Below the pieces are notes generated by a model. It did not search any database and had not been told where the DNA came from. It saw only the letters and a list, made by a program, of their open reading frames with translations. A DNA stretch of 64,000 nucleotides from an uncultured Chthoniobacteraceae bacterium (GTDB taxonomy: Bacteria; Verrucomicrobiota; Verrucomicrobiia; Chthoniobacterales; CAKUMP01). Position 1 is the first letter of the stretch. Each line of letters starts with the position of its first letter. Made by a program: the position numbers and the translations under genes. Below, piece after piece: positions 1-8,294 of this stretch. Location of the stretch: positions 51-64,050 of the forward strand of contig CBDUBV010000002.1 of assembly GCA_965365475.1 (NCBI GenBank). Direction: 5' to 3'.

Positions 1-161
1 GCATCCGTCAGCCCCATATCTTGTATTGAAAGGATGTCGACTGCACAACGTGTGGGAGGTAACCGGTGGAGGGAAACGCTCCGCCGTTTCCATGACCACG
101 CCGCAGGCGGCATTTTGCTCAGAGCGACTGTGCTATGATCCTCCAGCTTATAACAAACTGG

Positions 162-190
162 TTGACAGCTTGTTTACGGTGCAGTATTTG
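162..190 (+). promoter_or_regulatory. candidate sigma-70 promoter for the riboswitch leader (TTGACA-17nt-TATTTG)
   Basis: TTGACA at 162-167, 17-nt spacer, TATTTG at 185-190. The predicted transcript start falls a few nt before riboswitch P1 at 200. Confidence 0.5.
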
Positions 191-199
191 CATCGCCAA

Positions 200-337
200 C
201 TCTTATCAAGAGTGGCTGAGGGACTGGCCCTGTGACGCCACGGCAACCGCTCTGCGAAAGCAGGGGACCAGGTGCCAAATCCAGCTCGGAACTGTCTGCG
301 AGGTCATATTCGCAAACATCCTGAGAAAAGATGAGAG
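200..337 (+). promoter_or_regulatory. SAM-I (S-box) riboswitch aptamer
   Basis: CTCTTATCAAGAGTGGCTGAGGGACTGGCCCTGTGACGCCACGGCAACC...GGTGCCAAATCCAGC...AGATGAGAG matches the conserved S-box core. P1 is CTCTTATC (200-207) pairing with GATGAGAG (330-337) with one G-U. P4 is extended and contains an inner TGCGA/TCGCA hairpin. Confidence 0.9.
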
Positions 338-367
338 ATCCGATCAGCACCGGATTTCCATTTTTCC
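335..367 (+). terminator. candidate riboswitch expression-platform terminator
   Basis: GAGATCCG (335-342) pairs with CGGATTTC (351-358), 8 bp with one G-U, followed by CATTTTTCC. The 5' arm overlaps the 3' strand of P1. The stem is short, so this is only moderately convincing. Confidence 0.5.
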
Positions 368-410
368 TCATCCGCGCGGGATGATTCCTGGCAGAGTTAA
401 GTTCCATACT

Positions 411-1658
411 ATGCAAGCTTATTTCTCCAATTTGAAGTGTCGTGAGTGCGGGCGGCTTTACCCGAAAGAAGCGATCCACATCTGTGAGTTCGACTTTGGC
501 CCGCTGGAAGCTGCGTATGACTACGAGGCAATTGCGCGCGTGATGACGCGTTCGCTGGTCGAGTCGCGTCCGCACAGCATGTGGCGCTACCGGGAGCTGT
601 TGCCAGTGGATGGCGAGCCGACTGTCGGGACTCAAGTGGGCTTCACGCCGCTGGTGCGTGCGCGGCGTCTGGCGGAGCGGCTCGGGGTGGAAGAGTTGTA
701 TATTAAAAACGACACGGTGAATTATCCCACGCTGTCATTTAAAGATCGCGTGGTGTCCGTGGCATTGAGCCGGGCGCGCGAGCTGGATTTCAAAATCGTC
801 GCGTGTGCATCCACCGGCAATCTGGCCAATTCCGTGGCAGCCAATGCGGCTTCCGCGGGACTCAAGAGCTACGTCCTCATTCCGTCCAACCTGGAGCAGG
901 GCAAAGTGCTGGGCTCGTTGGTGTATGGAACCAATGTGATCGGAATCCATGGTGCTTACGACCAGGTGAACCGACTGTGCTCGGAGATTGCGGGCAAATA
1001 CGGTTGGGGTTTCGTGAATGTGAATCTGCGCCCTTATTATGCGGAGGGTTCGAAGTCGATGGGGTTCGAGATCGTGGAGCAACTTGGGTGGAAGACCCCG
1101 CGTCACACGGTGATTCCGATGGCCAGCGGGTCGTTGCTTACGAAAATCCATAAAGCGTATAAAGAACTGGCGATTGTCGGGCTTATCGAGGAGCAGGAAT
1201 ATTCCGTCCACGGTGCGCAGGCTACGGGGTGTTCGCCGATCAGTGCGGCTTTAAAAAAAGGGACCGACATTGTGAAGCCAGTGCCGAACCCTGAGACCAT
1301 CGTGAAATCTCTTGCGATCGGCACGCCGGCGGATGGTTATTACGCCATTCACTCCATGAGGAGCACAGGTGGTGCGTGTGAGGATGCCACGGATGCAGAG
1401 GTGATCGAAGGCATTCGATTGCTGGCGGAGACTGAGGGTATATTTTCAGAGACAGCCGGTGGGGTGACTGTGGCGTGTGCAAAAAAGCTTATCGACTCGG
1501 GTCAGATACCGCGCGATGAAAGCATCGTCATCTGCATCACCGGGCATGGTCTCAAGACACAGGAGGCCATCCAGGGCCAATGCGGCGAGCCGAGGTTGAT
1601 CAACCCGAGCTTGCGTGAATTTGAAGCTTTAGTAGCCGATGAACTGGTGTCAGCGTAG
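411..1658 (+). CDS. threonine synthase family PLP enzyme (ThrC / MetM-like)
   Basis: PLP-lysine motif LSFKDR, ASTGNLANS, and an N-terminal KCRECG...HIC zinc-ribbon-like segment as in archaeal-type ThrC. Start taken at ATG 411 (ATG 381 is also possible). The track ORF from 135 runs through the riboswitch. Confidence 0.9.
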   Translation: MQAYFSNLKCRECGRLYPKEAIHICEFDFGPLEAAYDYEAIARVMTRSLVESRPHSMWRYRELLPVDGEPTVGTQVGFTPLVRARRLAERLGVEELYIKNDTVNYPTLSFKDRVVSVALSRARELDFKIVACASTGNLANSVAANAASAGLKSYVLIPSNLEQGKVLGSLVYGTNVIGIHGAYDQVNRLCSEIAGKYGWGFVNVNLRPYYAEGSKSMGFEIVEQLGWKTPRHTVIPMASGSLLTKIHKAYKELAIVGLIEEQEYSVHGAQATGCSPISAALKKGTDIVKPVPNPETIVKSLAIGTPADGYYAIHSMRSTGGACEDATDAEVIEGIRLLAETEGIFSETAGGVTVACAKKLIDSGQIPRDESIVICITGHGLKTQEAIQGQCGEPRLINPSLREFEALVADELVSA

Positions 1659-1680
1659 TCTCGTTTAACTCTATTTTTTT

Positions 1681-1956
1681 ATGTCCACTAATGTAAGAAT
1701 TCCGGTACCGTTGCGTAAACTCACACAAGACCAGGAGGTGGTCGCCGCCCAAGGGGGCACGGTGTCTGCGGTGCTGGACGATCTGGAGGCAAACTATCCA
1801 GGGTTAAAAGAACGACTTTGCGATGAGCATGGGAAGATGCGGCGGTTTGTTAACGTATATCTCAACGACGAAGATATCCGATTTCTGAACGAGCTTGATA
1901 CCGAAGTAAAAGACGGTGATGAAATAAGCATCGTGCCTGCCATCGCCGGCGGGTAG
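1681..1956 (+). CDS. MoaD/ThiS-family ubiquitin-like sulfur-carrier protein
   Basis: 91 aa with a beta-grasp carrier pattern (...YPGLKERL...VNVYLNDEDI...DGDEISIVPAIAGG-stop) and a C-terminal Gly-Gly. It starts 22 nt after the ThrC-like gene. Confidence 0.85.
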   Translation: MSTNVRIPVPLRKLTQDQEVVAAQGGTVSAVLDDLEANYPGLKERLCDEHGKMRRFVNVYLNDEDIRFLNELDTEVKDGDEISIVPAIAGG

Positions 1957-2125
1957 AGGGTGGAGAGGTAAGCGAATCCGGTTGTCGAGCTTACAGGTTT
2001 TGTTGCGACAACCACCGGTTCTGAAGTTTGGGCTTCGAACTGTGAAACGAGACGATTGATAATGACAATGCTCAACCATTTTCATCAGCCAATCGTAGCG
2101 CTTGCGTTGCGCGGTGGGACACGGA

Positions 2126-3067
2126 ATGATCGCCCGCATGCCCAAAGATGTGTATGAACTGAATGATCTCCGCCATTGGGAGGATGTGACCAGGGAGGAA
2201 CCTGTGCCGCTGCGCCTCGCAGTAATGGGAGACCCGGTCGAACATTCGCGTTCTCCTCAGATGCATAACCCTGCGCTGGAATCCGTCGGCATAGCGGCGC
2301 GGTATGTGCGGTTGCACATTCGTCCTGAGGAATTGGAAGTGGCACTCAAGCTGTTGCCGGAGAAAAATTTTATCGGCTGCAATCTCACGATTCCCCACAA
2401 GGCGGCTGCGCTTGAGATTGTGAATCATGTAGATGGCCATGCGCGCCAGATGGGCGCGGTGAATACTGTGCTGGTGGATAACGGAGACCTTGTTGGCTAC
2501 AGCACTGACGGGCCCGGTCTCGTGCGGGCGGTGCGCGAAGAATTCTCGATGGACCTCCGGGATTTGCGTGTGATGGTGCTGGGTGCTGGCGGGGGCGCGG
2601 GCAGATCGATCGCGGTGCAGTGTGCCATGGAAGGGTGTGAACGCCTGTTGCTGGTGAATCGCACGCACGCCAAAGCAGTTGACCTAGCAAAGGAATTGCA
2701 GGGTTATTTTCAAAGCGAACGATTGCTGGGTCCGTCGGAGCGTCTGGTCGCGGTGCCTTGGGAGGATGCGATTCTGCGCCATGCTTTGATCGATGTGGAC
2801 TTGATCATTAATGCCACGTGCTTGGGGATGAAACGTTCGGACCCGCCGGTGCTGCCGATGAATGCCCTGTTGCCGCACCATCTGGTGGTGGACACGGTGT
2901 ATGCTGGCGGTCGCACTGCTCTGCTGCAAACTGCGGCTGCTGTTGGTGCTCGCGGCGTGGGCGGTCTTCCCATGCTGTTGCACCAGGGTGCGCTTTCCTT
3001 CGAGATATGGTTTAATCAGCCCGCGCCACTGTCCGCCATGCGCGCGGGTCTGCATGGTGCTGTGTGA
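2126..3067 (+). CDS. aroE: shikimate dehydrogenase
   Basis: HSRSPQMHN, NLTIPHK, AVNTV, GAGGAGRSIA Rossmann loop. ATG 2126 chosen within track ORF 2102..3067. Confidence 0.9.
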   Translation: MIARMPKDVYELNDLRHWEDVTREEPVPLRLAVMGDPVEHSRSPQMHNPALESVGIAARYVRLHIRPEELEVALKLLPEKNFIGCNLTIPHKAAALEIVNHVDGHARQMGAVNTVLVDNGDLVGYSTDGPGLVRAVREEFSMDLRDLRVMVLGAGGGAGRSIAVQCAMEGCERLLLVNRTHAKAVDLAKELQGYFQSERLLGPSERLVAVPWEDAILRHALIDVDLIINATCLGMKRSDPPVLPMNALLPHHLVVDTVYAGGRTALLQTAAAVGARGVGGLPMLLHQGALSFEIWFNQPAPLSAMRAGLHGAV

Positions 3068-3576
3068 TGAAGCCTGCGCAGCACGAACAGAACCTCTGCG
3101 GGATGTGCGGAATGTGCTGCGACGGATCGATGTTTGCCCGCGTGGTATTGCAGGAGGGGGAGCGGCTTCCGCGTGGCTCGCTGCGGGTGAAAAGACGTGG
3201 CGGTGAGACATTCTTTCCTCAACCCTGTGCTGCCCATGCGGACTGTGCATGCCGGGTTTATAATTGGCGGCCGCAGCGTTGTTCAAAGTTCGAGTGTCGG
3301 CAATTGCGGTTATGGATGCGCGGCGAGGTGGATTTCGATAGCGCAGCGGATGCGATCCGTGGGCTGCTTGCATTGCGGGATCGGGTGGGGGAATGCCTGG
3401 CCGTGCTGGGCGAGACGCGCAGTCACAAAGCCCTGGCCATGAGATGCGATGCTGCGCTGCGCGACGGCGACCCGGCAGCAGTGCAGCGTCTGCGCGCAAC
3501 TTGGTGCGAGTATGAAATTCGCCTGCGTGAAGATTTCCTGGAAGGTTCCTCGCACAGCGATGAGGAGACCTGCTGA
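3067..3576 (+). CDS. YkgJ-family cysteine-cluster protein (CxxCxxCC zinc/iron-chelating domain)
   Basis: CGMCGMCCDGSMF matches the CxxCxxCC signature, with further Cys downstream. The ATG overlaps the aroE stop (TGATG). Confidence 0.7.
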   Translation: MKPAQHEQNLCGMCGMCCDGSMFARVVLQEGERLPRGSLRVKRRGGETFFPQPCAAHADCACRVYNWRPQRCSKFECRQLRLWMRGEVDFDSAADAIRGLLALRDRVGECLAVLGETRSHKALAMRCDAALRDGDPAAVQRLRATWCEYEIRLREDFLEGSSHSDEETC

Positions 3577-3581
3577 GCAGT

Positions 3582-4550
3582 ATGCCGCTTGCAGCATACT
3601 CCTCGTACCGGGCGCCACTGGGATTCCGTAACGGCCACGTGCAAACGATTTTCCCCACGCTGTTGCGCAGAGTCCGCGCATGGACCAACGAGACCGAGCG
3701 CATCGAGCTGGAAGATGGCGACTTCCTGGATCTCGACTGGCGGCGTGGCGTGAGCACTGAGCGACTTGCGATCATCTCGCATGGGCTCGAAGGGGCTAGT
3801 CGCGACGACTACGTGCAGGCGATGGCCGCTGCGCTGGGCAGGGCAGGCTGGGATGTGTTGGCGTGGAACCTGCGCGGCTGCGGGTCGGAGCCGAATCGGT
3901 TGGTACGCTTTTATCACAGCGGCGCGACGGAGGATCTGCATGCGGTTGTGCGGCATGCGGCGGGCGGCTATCGGAAGCTGGCGTTGGTCGGCTTCAGTCT
4001 GGGTGGTAATCTGACGTTAAAATATCTTGGCGAACACGCAGACGTGCTGGATGGGCGGGTCGTGGGCGGTGTGGCATTTTCCACTCCGTGCGATCTGGCA
4101 TGCGCATCGCAACAACTCGAGTCCTGGTGGAATACGTTCTACATGCGTCGCTTTATGCGGCGGCTCAAAGCAAAAGTGCGACGCAAGATGCATTTGTTCC
4201 CGGACAAATTGAGCGATGCGGGGATTGAAAAGATGCGCACCTTTCGCGAGTTCGACGGCGCATACACCGCGCCGCTGCACGGCTTCGCGGACGCGGAGGA
4301 TTACTGGAGGAGGAGCAGTTGTCGGCAGTTTTTGGAGCGCATTACCGTGCCGACCTTGCTGGTGAACGCGCTCGATGATCCTTTTCTGGGGCCAGGTTGT
4401 TATCCGGTGGAGGAAGCCCGTGCGAGTCGGTCTTTCTACCTGGAGCAACCCCGGCATGGAGGTCACGTCGGTTTTGTGCTTTTCAACCCCGAAAACGAAT
4501 ACTGGTCCGAACAACGTGCCTGCGCTTTTCTTGATCAGGTTTGCCTGTAG
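3582..4550 (+). CDS. alpha/beta hydrolase (YheT/COG0429-like)
   Basis: Nucleophile elbow GFSLGGN. Overall pattern LDW...ISHGLEG...YHSG...DDPF...GGHVGF is typical of the abhydrolase family. Confidence 0.8.
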   Translation: MPLAAYSSYRAPLGFRNGHVQTIFPTLLRRVRAWTNETERIELEDGDFLDLDWRRGVSTERLAIISHGLEGASRDDYVQAMAAALGRAGWDVLAWNLRGCGSEPNRLVRFYHSGATEDLHAVVRHAAGGYRKLALVGFSLGGNLTLKYLGEHADVLDGRVVGGVAFSTPCDLACASQQLESWWNTFYMRRFMRRLKAKVRRKMHLFPDKLSDAGIEKMRTFREFDGAYTAPLHGFADAEDYWRRSSCRQFLERITVPTLLVNALDDPFLGPGCYPVEEARASRSFYLEQPRHGGHVGFVLFNPENEYWSEQRACAFLDQVCL

Positions 4551-4668
4551 GACAGCAGCCTGTGCTTGCGCATTTTCCGGAGCTTTTTTTCCGCACGATA
4601 AAACGCCGCATCAACCACACACTAGAGGCGGCTATCAGCAGGGTCACTATTACCATCTCCCAGTTCAT
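4483..4668 (-). CDS. FeoB-associated Cys-rich membrane protein
   Basis: Internal start MNWEMVIVTLLIAASSVWLMRRF (one TM helix) followed by KCASTGCCPTG. Its ATG overlaps the feoB stop as ATGA (4665-4668). The 3' end overlaps the convergent hydrolase gene by 68 nt. Confidence 0.6.
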   Translation of the reverse strand: MNWEMVIVTLLIAASSVWLMRRFIVRKKSSGKCASTGCCPTGKPDQEKRRHVVRTSIRFRG

Positions 4669-6884
4669 AGTATCCACGACAGCCCTTGATAAGTGAACAC
4701 CGCCGCCAGCCACGCCAGTAGCGTCATGAATGCGAATGTGCCCCACGCCCAACGCCAGTTCGTCTCCGCAGTCATGATGGCGATGGTCGCTCCACACTGC
4801 ATGCAAATGGCGAAAAACACCATCACGGCCACGGCAGTCGGCACCGTAAATACAGGCTCTCCAGCCCGAGGACCTGTTGTCCACACTTCATTTGCAAGCC
4901 GCCCGCGCAGTCCGGGCGACTCCTCGTCTTCGTCGGCACCCAGATTGTAAATGATGCCCAAGGTAGCAATGATGACTTCGCGTGCAGGGAAGCTGGCGAG
5001 GATGCCCACCGTGATCTTCCAATCGAATCCGGCTGGCTCAAAGACGGGCTGAATCCAACGCCCTGCGCGGCCGAGGTAGCTTTGCTCTACGTAGGCGCTC
5101 GCGAGCTGTGCCTGATAGATGCCGCCATACGGACTTTCGTTATCCAGCAGAACTTCCTCTGTGACACCCTGCGCACGATATTCCTCGATCAATCGCGAGC
5201 GGGTTTCCTGTTCCACAGTGTCCGGGCGCGGAAAGTATAGCAACGCCCAGATGATGATGGCCATGGTGAGAATCACAGTACCCGCGTCCGTGATAAACCG
5301 GCGTGCCCGATGCCAGATGCGCCAGTAGGTGTCGCGGAAAGTCGGGCGTCGATATGGCGGAATCTCAAGTACGAATGGCGGGGAAGGGGATCGCAGTATT
5401 TTGTTCTGCAATATCCACGCGGCGGGAAGCCCGAGAACCGGGCCGAGCAGGTGCATGGCAAACAGCACCGCCGCAGCCGCTGTTGCACCATATGCCGGCT
5501 CGATGAAAGCACCAATCATGAGCACATATACTGGCAGCCGCGCTGAGCAGGACATCCAGGGCGTGATCAAGATCGTGGTGAGCCGACTTTTCGGGTCTTC
5601 GATTGTTCGCGCAGCCATGATCGCCGGAATGGCGCATGCAAATCCGGACATGAGCGGGACGAAACTTTTCCCGCTCAGCCCACTCCAGCTCAGTGCGCGA
5701 TCTATTAAAAAAGCTGCCCGTGCGAGGTAGCCGCAATCCTCGAGCAGCGCGATCAGCAGTGTTAAAATGAGTATTTGCGGAAGAAATATGAGCACTGATC
5801 CAATGCCTGCAACGATGCCGTCCGCGACGAGACTTTGCAGCATGGGTGTGGACTCGAGGAATCCTGCGGTGAATTCCTGAATGCGCAAGGTGCCTGCCTC
5901 GATCAAGTCCATCAGCGGTGCGGCGCCGGAATACACCGAGTGGAATATGCCAAACATGAGCGCGGCAAAAATCACCAAGCCAAGGAATGGATGTATCAAT
6001 AACGAGTCGAGCCGATCGGTCCATCGCGTGGAGAGCTGGGCGGACTTCACCACGCGGCCCGCGAGCAGACTGCGGATGCGCGGGAATAGCAACACCGGCT
6101 CTGCATTGGAAGGCGCGTTGCCACCAGCAAGGATGCGGCGATGCGCCTGCGCCAGCACGTCTTTGATAGCCAGATCGTGAGGGTCCGTCTGTGGCAGCGA
6201 GTCGAACAGCAGTCGTTGAGCATGGAACTTGCGCACGCCATCGTCGGCGATATGCGGCAGTGCAGCACTCACCATCGCCACGGCTTCGCGGACGGAGTCC
6301 GGCCACGTGATCGGGCGCATGACAAGTTGTTGCTGATGACTTTTTATAATAGCTGATTTGAGTTGATCGATCCCACGCGAGCGATGCGCGATGGTGGGCA
6401 CCACTGGGATTCCCAACTCCTGCTCGAGACCAGCTAGGTCGAAAGTCCAACCTCCCGCTGTCGCTTCGTCGAAAAAATTTAAAGCCAATACCATGGGGCG
6501 ACCCAGAGCAGCGCATTGCAATGCTGGCAGCAGTGAGCGCTCCAATTTACCTGCATCCACCACACAGACGATGACGTCCGGCGTGGGGCCGATATCGGGA
6601 TGCCCAGCCAGAACTCGGACGCTGATGTGTTCGTCCATCGACAGCGCATTGAGGCTGTAGGTGCCGGGAAGGTCCAGCAGCGTGAATGCCTGGCTGCCGA
6701 GATGGCCGGTGCCTTCCTTGCGCTCGACAGTGACCCCCGGATAATTGCCCACGCGTTGGCGCATGCCAGTGAGGCGGTTGAAAATCGAGGTCTTTCCGAC
6801 ATTGGGCTGACCTACCAATGCCACTCGGATCGAGGCCGCGTCGCCGGAAATGGGGGGAGAGACGCCGACAGCCTCAAGACTCAT
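4665..6884 (-). CDS. feoB: ferrous iron transporter FeoB
   Basis: N-terminal G-domain VALVGQPNVGKTSIFN, DLPGTYSL, and a long polytopic C-terminal membrane domain. Confidence 0.95.
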   Translation of the reverse strand: MSLEAVGVSPPISGDAASIRVALVGQPNVGKTSIFNRLTGMRQRVGNYPGVTVERKEGTGHLGSQAFTLLDLPGTYSLNALSMDEHISVRVLAGHPDIGPTPDVIVCVVDAGKLERSLLPALQCAALGRPMVLALNFFDEATAGGWTFDLAGLEQELGIPVVPTIAHRSRGIDQLKSAIIKSHQQQLVMRPITWPDSVREAVAMVSAALPHIADDGVRKFHAQRLLFDSLPQTDPHDLAIKDVLAQAHRRILAGGNAPSNAEPVLLFPRIRSLLAGRVVKSAQLSTRWTDRLDSLLIHPFLGLVIFAALMFGIFHSVYSGAAPLMDLIEAGTLRIQEFTAGFLESTPMLQSLVADGIVAGIGSVLIFLPQILILTLLIALLEDCGYLARAAFLIDRALSWSGLSGKSFVPLMSGFACAIPAIMAARTIEDPKSRLTTILITPWMSCSARLPVYVLMIGAFIEPAYGATAAAAVLFAMHLLGPVLGLPAAWILQNKILRSPSPPFVLEIPPYRRPTFRDTYWRIWHRARRFITDAGTVILTMAIIIWALLYFPRPDTVEQETRSRLIEEYRAQGVTEEVLLDNESPYGGIYQAQLASAYVEQSYLGRAGRWIQPVFEPAGFDWKITVGILASFPAREVIIATLGIIYNLGADEDEESPGLRGRLANEVWTTGPRAGEPVFTVPTAVAVMVFFAICMQCGATIAIMTAETNWRWAWGTFAFMTLLAWLAAVFTYQGLSWIL

Positions 6885-7104
6885 GAGTAACCTCGACAGA
6901 GGCGGCGTCGCAGGTGCGCAGAGCGATGACGGAAGCAGACGAATGAATTTTGATCGGTCCAGCCAGTGGGGCTTGCTGGTGGCGTTCGATGGATTGGCCA
7001 GGCAGTATGCCCATGGACATGAGACGCTGTGCCAGAGCGGGATGATTGGAGCAGGAGGAGATCGAGGCCTTTTGGCCGCGGGACATTCGGGCGAGGGTAT
7101 TCAT
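6874..7104 (-). CDS. feoA: FeoA family iron transport protein
   Basis: 76 aa SH3-like FeoA pattern (LA..LMSMGILPGQSI...APLAGPIKI). It overlaps the feoB start by 11 nt. Confidence 0.85.
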   Translation of the reverse strand: MNTLARMSRGQKASISSCSNHPALAQRLMSMGILPGQSIERHQQAPLAGPIKIHSSASVIALRTCDAASVEVTHES

Positions 7105-7205
7105 CGTGCAATTGAGACTCGTTCTCTATAAGGCTTGTGGTGATAATATGCACGTCCTTTTTTACAGCATTTGATTTGCGCAAGACCCTCACTCATATTC
7201 CTGCG

Positions 7206-7835
7206 ATGTTGCAATCCACCGTGTCCGGAAATATCAGGCGCACTTTGTCGCAGGACTTGGAAGTGCTTCGTGCACGGGCGGAGCTGGGGCCATTGACGCT
7301 AGGCCAATTGGAAGCTGCTTTGCACGGACGCGGGTTCCTGGTCATGATTCTGCTGTGTTCGCTGCCATTCGTATTGCCAATTCCGATCCCCGGTTTATCC
7401 ATTCCATTCGGGTTGGTTATTTGCGTTTTGGGTTTTCGGCTGATGTTGGGACAACGCCCCTGGCTGCCGCAGCGAATGTTATCGCGGGAGTTATCGCCAG
7501 CGGTCATGGCCCGAATGCTCAATGGCGGTCTGCGCCTGGCCCGCGTGCTGGAGCGATTTGCGAGGGTGCGCCTCACGCAGATTTCGCGCTGGGCATTCAT
7601 GCGCAACTTGACGGGGGCGGCAATATTTATCGAGGGCATTGTGCTTTCCATGCCGCCGCCAATGATCAATGCCATACCCGCCATCTCCCTGGTTGCGCTG
7701 ACAGCGGGCGTGCTTGAGGAAGATGGAGTGCTTATTCTATTAGGTTACATCGCCACGTTTCTTTCGCTCATCTACCTTGCTCTGCTGGTAGCACTAGGGC
7801 GCGCGGGCATTGAAAAAGTGCTAACGTTTTTTTAA
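7206..7835 (+). CDS. ExoD-family exopolysaccharide synthesis membrane protein
   Basis: LGQLEAALHGRGFLVMILLCSLPFVLPIPIPGLSIPFG...RPWLP matches the ExoD family pattern. ATG 7206 chosen inside track ORF 7137..7835. Confidence 0.75.
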   Translation: MLQSTVSGNIRRTLSQDLEVLRARAELGPLTLGQLEAALHGRGFLVMILLCSLPFVLPIPIPGLSIPFGLVICVLGFRLMLGQRPWLPQRMLSRELSPAVMARMLNGGLRLARVLERFARVRLTQISRWAFMRNLTGAAIFIEGIVLSMPPPMINAIPAISLVALTAGVLEEDGVLILLGYIATFLSLIYLALLVALGRAGIEKVLTFF

Positions 7836-7886
7836 AATTTCTTCATTGCAGCGATCAGTGCCGTGAGGCTACAGTCACTTCTGATC

Positions 7887-8294
7887 ATGAAAATCCCAAC
7901 CTGTCTCCTCCTGACACTTTCTTTCACAGCCGTTGCATTTGCAGACATCCATGAGCCTCCAGCGGCGGATCACGGCCCGACTCGCAAATTTTCCCGCGGC
8001 ATAGCCAACATTGCTTTTGGTGCGACTGAGATTCCAAACACAATCGGTCGCCTGAACGTGCGCGAGGGCAATAATGCCGCAGCGAGTTATGGCGTGGTGA
8101 AAGGCGTGCTGCGCACGGTGGACCGCGTGAAGTATGGGGTGTACGATGTGGTCACCTTCCCGTTCCCAACATACAAGGGGAAATATACACCGCCGTACAA
8201 GAGCGATCTGGTTTGGAAACATAGCGGCTACTCAGAATTTCCCGAAGAGCTGGGTACCGAGACCAAATACACCTACGGGCGCAACAACGACTAG
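7887..8294 (+). CDS. exosortase-system-associated secreted protein (TIGR04073-like)
   Basis: Signal peptide MKIPTCLLLTLSFTAVAFA, then KFSRGIANIAFGATEIP and GVVKGV...GVYDVVTFPFP, the pattern I recall for TIGR04073. Confidence 0.65.
   Translation: MKIPTCLLLTLSFTAVAFADIHEPPAADHGPTRKFSRGIANIAFGATEIPNTIGRLNVREGNNAAASYGVVKGVLRTVDRVKYGVYDVVTFPFPTYKGKYTPPYKSDLVWKHSGYSEFPEELGTETKYTYGRNND

Noticed and set aside
135-410. 5' extension of the ThrC-like ORF (track ORF 135..1658), plus ORFs 26..235 and 174..635
   Set aside because: The extension reads straight through a well-formed SAM-I riboswitch and its terminator. The conserved ThrC N-terminus begins at MQAYFSNLKCRECG (ATG 411).
2684-3775. 363-aa minus-strand ORF antisense to aroE and the YkgJ-like gene
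   Set aside because: Arg/Ser/Ala/His-rich low-complexity translation with no recognisable motifs. It lies entirely opposite well-supported genes and is a typical GC-driven shadow ORF.
5365-6516. 383-aa minus-strand ORF in another frame of feoB, plus several plus-strand ORFs inside feoB
   Set aside because: It overlaps the unambiguous FeoB reading frame. The composition is Arg/Ala/Ser/His-rich and no domain signal is seen.
7105-7205. Possible Fur box in the feoA/exoD divergent region (GTGATAATATGCAC; GAGACTCGTTCTC)
   Set aside because: Only a half-site-like GATAAT and a weak GAGA/TCTC inverted repeat are present. There is no convincing 19-bp or 7-1-7 Fur consensus. The Fur motif of this clade is also unknown to me.
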